NCBI RefSeq assembly: GCF_009557235.1
Contig: NZ_CP045650.1
Location: 1,200,001 to 1,232,000 of the forward strand
Direction of reading: 5' to 3'
DNA length: 32,000 nucleotides
Source: Acinetobacter wanghuae
GTDB lineage: Bacteria; Pseudomonadota; Gammaproteobacteria; Pseudomonadales; Moraxellaceae
Shown here: piece after piece, positions 28,901 through 32,000 of the stretch
Layout: each line of letters begins with the position of its first letter
Numbering within the stretch: position 1 is the first letter of the stretch
The notes under the pieces: generated by a model
What the model saw: the letters and a program-made list of their open reading frames with translations, nothing else
What the model was told of the DNA's origin: nothing
Databases searched by the model: none
Made by a program: the position numbers and the translations under genes

Positions 28901-29503
28901 AAAATCATCACGTTCGATGAAGTGCACATCATTGTGTGCCACAACACCAATATTATATTTTTTCGCGAGTTTGACCGCTTCTTCAATAAAAGTATCTTCA
29001 TCAGGACGATGCGTACGTGTCAGCGCTAAATAAACCCGATTACCAAATTTTTCAACCCACTCTTGTAACAGCGGTTCGGCTTTGTCGGGATTTGAGGTAA
29101 TGAGCATTTTACCGACATCAGATTGCATGCCCAATAGCACGATTAAATCTTGATGTTGATTCAAAATCCATTCTTTCTGAACGCAAGGAATATCGAGTTG
29201 TTGACCTGAAATATAGCCTTCAGAGACAAGCTCAGTCAGGTTACGCCAACCTGTATTGGTCATAGATAACAACGTCACACGATGTTCAGCATCATTCAGA
29301 CGGATTTCAGAACCTAAAATTGGTTTAATGCCTTTATCGAGGCACTTTTTATAGAACTTAACTGCCGCATGAAGATTAGATAAATCGGTCAGGGCAAGGG
29401 CAGGCATCTCTTGACTTGCTGCAGCTTTGACGAGCTCAGGTATCCGTACGATAGATTCTGTAATCGAAAATTCTGTATGAATACCAAGATGAACAAAGTG
29501 CAT
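25931..29503 (-). CDS. dnaE: DNA polymerase III subunit alpha
   Basis: 1190 aa. N-terminal PHP domain (FVHLGIHTEFS), polymerase core (PDFDVDFC), HhH and OB-fold regions in DnaE order. Confidence 0.97.
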   Translation of the reverse strand: MHFVHLGIHTEFSITESIVRIPELVKAAASQEMPALALTDLSNLHAAVKFYKKCLDKGIKPILGSEIRLNDAEHRVTLLSMTNTGWRNLTELVSEGYISGQQLDIPCVQKEWILNQHQDLIVLLGMQSDVGKMLITSNPDKAEPLLQEWVEKFGNRVYLALTRTHRPDEDTFIEEAVKLAKKYNIGVVAHNDVHFIERDDFEAHEARVCIADGYVLGDNRRPKTYSPEQYFKNAEEMAELFSDIPTAIENTFEIAKRCNVTLRLGFNDLPDYPIPEGHTIDTYFAHLSEEGLEERLNFLYPPEQRGEDWAEIRKPYDERLAFEVKIILDMGFPGYFLIVMDFIQWSKGNGVPVGPGRGSGAGSLVAYSLKITDLDPLRYDLLFERFLNPERVSMPDFDVDFCIAGRDRVIDYVARTYGRDAVSQIATFGTMAAKGAIRDVARVLGKSYGLADRISKMIPTKPLGLSLLESLEAEPQLKDIVTNPANPDNDDAAEIWEMALKLEGITRNTGKHAGGVVIAPTKLTDYSAVMCDADGTARVAQFDKDDVESAGLVKFDFLGLRNLTVIEDAIKHINARPDITDPVDISYIPLDDKAAYDIFASANTTAVFQFESVGMKKMLKEARPSKFEEIIAFVSLYRPGPMDLIPDFIHRMHGGEFEYLHPLLEGVLEPTYGIMVYQEQVMQAAQFCAGYSLGGADLLRRAMGKKKVEEMIKHRQIFIEGAAKKDIDEATANHIFDYMEKFAGYGFNKSHAAAYALVAYQTAWLKAHYPAEFMAAVMTSEMQNTDNVVFIIDDCRHNGLQVLPPSINMSLYQFHASDPKTIVYGLGAIKGVGEAAMQSVIDSRIQDGPFRDIFDFCHRVDLKKINKRTLEALIRAGAMDCLGIERADLMAQLPEAVQAADQARQNRETGIMDLFGEVEEVQRKPSKPVKAWSDEVRLKGEKDTLGLYLTGHPIDVYRTELKSFVPSPINELTPTRRGVTTVFAGLVVDVANFPNRMMVTLDDGTARIEISTNHERFQRFKDIVQVDKVVVIEGEIYEREGFDRPLGRLTKAFSLNEIRQKRANSIKITLSPEHLTNTLGRDLQQILTPYTNIDMCTHIPVVLYLDYPYATTELHLGINWKVAPLDEVLAKFRDYFGKSCIHIEYQVKSKAAKAVSYQQAKPVDVPPPPANMSMDEALDLYQSESQAQYS

Positions 29504-29673
29504 AGAAGAGTCCCTGCGAAAGCTAAAAAGTATTTTAGCATGGGAAATTACATTGCAGTTTGAAAAAGGGGCGAAACGGCTAATTTTTGGGTGGCTAATC
29601 TGATAATTTTCTTAGTTCCGTTTGATGTACATGAACTGAAGCGTTTGTGGGCATCGTCATCGGGAGGGTATCA

Positions 29674-30228
29674 TTACAAATCGGTCGATTGACTGAAGTT
29701 TGTCTGTAAAGAAGCTGAATTGATTGTTTCAAGTTTATTTTTGATCAGCTCAACGAGATACAGAGATTCTTCAGCCTGAATATAAGTGCCAACATCAATC
29801 ACTTTCGTGCCGCGATGTAGCAAAATTTTGCCAGGTTGTTGTTTGGTTGGATTGATATTGACACTGACTTGAGTAATGTCAGAGATAGGAATAATTTTAA
29901 ATTTCCCCATCCCTAAAATTGAGTTCTTAATTTTCAGCTGTTGATTGGTGATTTCAATGATTTGTTTTCCAAACAGCAGCCATAGCCATGTTTTGATGAT
30001 ACTGAAAAGAATAAATACAAAAACAAGGGCAATCATGATTTGAATATAATCACGATGATCGATCGTTGAAAAATAGTTCTTCGTCACCTCATATAAACCG
30101 CTATAGAGCATAAACGATAGTGTAAGAATACTGATGAATAGAATGAAGATAGGTGTTGAGGTTGGAATAGAAATAGACAGACCATTGAAGTCATGAATGA
30201 TGGTTGCTTTACCATTGTTATTCTTCAT
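29674..30228 (-). CDS. Hypothetical membrane protein (two TM helices plus a C-terminal beta-rich, possibly bacterial-PH-like domain)
   Basis: 184 aa. Two hydrophobic helices (IFILFISILTLSFMLYSGLY; IMIALVFVFILFSIIKTWLWLLF), then short beta-strand-like segments ending in an amphipathic helix (EESLYLVELIKNKLE). Visibly more AT-rich than its neighbours. No family recognised. Confidence 0.5.
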   Translation of the reverse strand: MKNNNGKATIIHDFNGLSISIPTSTPIFILFISILTLSFMLYSGLYEVTKNYFSTIDHRDYIQIMIALVFVFILFSIIKTWLWLLFGKQIIEITNQQLKIKNSILGMGKFKIIPISDITQVSVNINPTKQQPGKILLHRGTKVIDVGTYIQAEESLYLVELIKNKLETINSASLQTNFSQSTDL

Positions 30229-30274
30229 ATTTTTAATTTATTGCTCATTTTTCTGAAGTATAAATGAATGGTCT

Positions 30275-30301
30275 AAAAAAAACACCCTGAAATACAGGGT
30301 G
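30275..30301 (-). terminator. Rho-independent terminator after metI
   Basis: Stem CACCCTG (30283-30289) / CAGGGTG (30295-30301), loop AAATA. On the minus strand it is followed by T8 (complement of 30275-30282). Confidence 0.75.
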
Positions 30302-30331
30302 CTCTTTGAACATTTCTTAGGTTTTAAATTA

Positions 30332-31027
30332 TTAACGAATTTTGGATAACCAATCACCCACACTCTGTACAATTTGCACCAAAATCAACAAAACAATCAC
30401 GGTCATAATGACCACAGAAGTGTCAAAACGTTGGTAGCCATAAGAAATTGCTAAATCACCAATACCGCCTGCACCCACTGCACCTGCCATTGCAGTCGCG
30501 CCAATCAAGCTGATGGTGGCTGTGGTTAAGTTTAAAATGAGTGAACTGCGTGCTTCAGGCAATACAAACTTGAAAATGGTTTGCATTGGGGTTGCACCCA
30601 TAGCTTGCGCTGACTCAATAATTCCTTCATTCACTTCGAGTAAAGACGTTTCAATTAAGCGACCAATATAAGGGCCGACATAAATCGTTAACGGGACAAT
30701 CGCAGCCCACGTGCCGATCGAGGTGCCGACCAAAAACTTAGTAAGTGGAATGACTGCAATTAAAAGAATGATAAAAGGCAGCGAGCGCAGGGCATTTACA
30801 ATTGGATTTAGCCCGTGATAAAGCACACGATTGGGTAAAATACCATTCGGACGTGTCACAACTAAAGTGATCGCTTGGATAAAGCCCCAAATACAGCCAA
30901 ACAACATAGCGAAGAACACCATGTGAAAGGTTTCTTGTAAGGCAGTCACAAACTGATCCATCGACAGCGAGCTTTTCCAAAATGGTGCAGTTAATGTGGT
31001 GAGCCATTGCACAATTAAATCTCTCAT
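30332..31027 (-). CDS. metI: Methionine ABC transporter permease
   Basis: 231 aa. Five TM segments and the EAA-type loop (IIESAQAMGATPMQTIFKFVLPEA) typical of MetI. ATGA overlap with metN. Confidence 0.92.
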   Translation of the reverse strand: MRDLIVQWLTTLTAPFWKSSLSMDQFVTALQETFHMVFFAMLFGCIWGFIQAITLVVTRPNGILPNRVLYHGLNPIVNALRSLPFIILLIAVIPLTKFLVGTSIGTWAAIVPLTIYVGPYIGRLIETSLLEVNEGIIESAQAMGATPMQTIFKFVLPEARSSLILNLTTATISLIGATAMAGAVGAGGIGDLAISYGYQRFDTSVVIMTVIVLLILVQIVQSVGDWLSKIR

Positions 31028-32000
31028 GCCTGAACTCCTGCTTGATCGACTTGAACGCCGTTGTCCTCTAAGAATGAAATCACATTTTGAATCACGTGAT
31101 CATCGCCTAAAAGCTGAATAAACATTTGCCCAATCACGGCACCGCCAATTTCCGTCATATTGGCAAATAAAATATTGAGACTAATATCAAAGCGTTTAAT
31201 TGCCGCTTGAATTACGGTTTCTTGTGCAGAACTTCCCAAGAATTTGAGGCAATAAATACTGTTATGATTTTGATTTTCTAGATTCTTTAAAATATTAATT
31301 GGTAAATTTTGCTGTAATACGGTTTGAATAAAGCTTTTGGTTGTTGCATGTTGTGGCTGACTGAAGATTTGCAAAGTCGAACCTGTTTCAATCACATCGC
31401 CTTTTTCCATGACGGCAACATAGTCACATACAGATTCAATCACATCCATTTCATGGGTGACCATCACAATGGTAATGCCTTGCTCTTGATTGATTTTTTT
31501 CAGCAAAGCTAAAACAGATTGTGTAGTTTGTGGATCAAGTGCGGAGGTTGCTTCATCACACAGTAAAATTTTAGGATGATTGGCAAGGGCACGGGCAATG
31601 CCGACACGTTGCTTCTGCCCACCTGAAAGTTCATCGGGGAAAGCATTGCGTTTATGTTTTAAATCGATAAATTCGAGCAGTTCTTCTAGACGTTTTTCAC
31701 GTTCAGCTTTAGACCAACCCAAAAGTTTCATGGGCATTTCAATGTTGGCTGCAACGGTTTTGGTTTGCATTAAATTGAAATGCTGGAAAATCATGCCAAT
31801 ATTGGCACGTTCCTGACGTAAGCGTGCTGCATCAAGTGCAGTGAAGTCAGTATCATTAATGAAGATTTGCCCAGCGCTTGGACGTTCTAGTAAATTAATG
31901 AGACGAATCAGTGTGCTTTTACCTGCACCACTATAACCAATGATGCCAAAAATACTGCCTGTTGGAATCGATAGATTAATCTGATTCAGCGCCGCTAAAG
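31024..32000 (-). CDS. metN: Methionine ABC transporter ATP-binding protein MetN (5' end outside the window)
   Basis: The track starts at an internal Met (31794), but the frame stays open to the window edge. Walker A (SGAGKSTLIRLIN) is encoded at about 31900-31940; signature LSGGQKQR, Walker B LLCDEATSALD, and a C-terminal NIL/ACT-like regulatory domain are present. Confidence 0.92.
   Translation of the reverse strand, partial: LAALNQINLSIPTGSIFGIIGYSGAGKSTLIRLINLLERPSAGQIFINDTDFTALDAARLRQERANIGMIFQHFNLMQTKTVAANIEMPMKLLGWSKAEREKRLEELLEFIDLKHKRNAFPDELSGGQKQRVGIARALANHPKILLCDEATSALDPQTTQSVLALLKKINQEQGITIVMVTHEMDVIESVCDYVAVMEKGDVIETGSTLQIFSQPQHATTKSFIQTVLQQNLPINILKNLENQNHNSIYCLKFLGSSAQETVIQAAIKRFDISLNILFANMTEIGGAVIGQMFIQLLGDDHVIQNVISFLEDNGVQVDQAGVQA

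Noticed and set aside
16704-29029. Remaining small track ORFs inside mutS, the undA-like gene, the hydrolase gene, trmJ and dnaE (e.g. 16704-16910, 17044-17283, 17480-17704, 20326-20553, 22458-22643, 22667-22897, 25264-25569, 26208-26396, 27939-28163, 28078-28392, 28711-29001, 28817-29029), plus 30738-31007, 31324-31512 and 31580-31816 in metI/metN
   Set aside because: They are fully nested in longer CDSs that have diagnostic motifs, with no evidence for overlapping genes.
31803-31818. Sigma-54-like TGGCACG-N4 motif
   Set aside because: The downstream element reads TGAC rather than TTGC. It lies inside metN on the antisense strand, so it is most likely chance.
1-32000. CRISPR arrays, rRNA genes, tandem repeats, prophage or toxin-antitoxin/defence modules
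   Set aside because: I found no regularly spaced direct repeats, no rRNA-like conserved blocks, and no small paired ORFs or nuclease/ATPase defence-type genes on reading both strands. All intergenic gaps are explained by promoters, terminators or the structures listed above.

Overview
This window looks like a chromosomal core region of a gamma-proteobacterium of the Moraxellaceae/Acinetobacter type. That placement is inferred from gene content, moderate AT-richness, the fdxA-mutS pairing and protein similarity recalled from memory; no search was run. Left to right: the 5' part of an IS982-family insertion sequence running off the window; tRNA-Gly(GCC) and cysS on the minus strand; kdsD-kdsC-lptC-lptA-lptB on the plus strand; a translationally coupled three-gene type I secretion operon (TolC-like OMP, C39-like-domain ABC exporter, HlyD-family adaptor); then yigZ, a hexapeptide acyltransferase and a tandem-USP protein. 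From about 13.6 kb nearly everything is on the minus strand: O-methyltransferase, M15-type lipoprotein peptidase, fdxA, mutS, a membrane GGDEF cyclase, two lipoprotein genes, cysE, trmJ, dnaE, a small AT-rich membrane protein, metI and a 5'-truncated metN. The one plus-strand gene there is a UndA-like heme-oxygenase-fold di-iron enzyme. I see no CRISPR array, rRNA, prophage or recognisable defence island, and I cannot support a claim of a new multi-gene system. The items most worth a second look are: (1) the TenA-like gene, which keeps the full UndA-type ligand set (possible 1-alkene synthase); (2) a roughly 146-bp nested imperfect palindrome between mutS and fdxA; (3) the substrate-less T1SS sitting directly after lptB; (4) the IS982 end and the orphan non-coding DNA on the 3' flank of tRNA-Gly; (5) the poorly characterised lipoprotein pair downstream of cysE. 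Many track ORFs are antisense shadows of long genes and were rejected. Several track ORFs are probably over-extended at the 5' end (lptA, O-methyltransferase, M15 peptidase, mutS, cysE).
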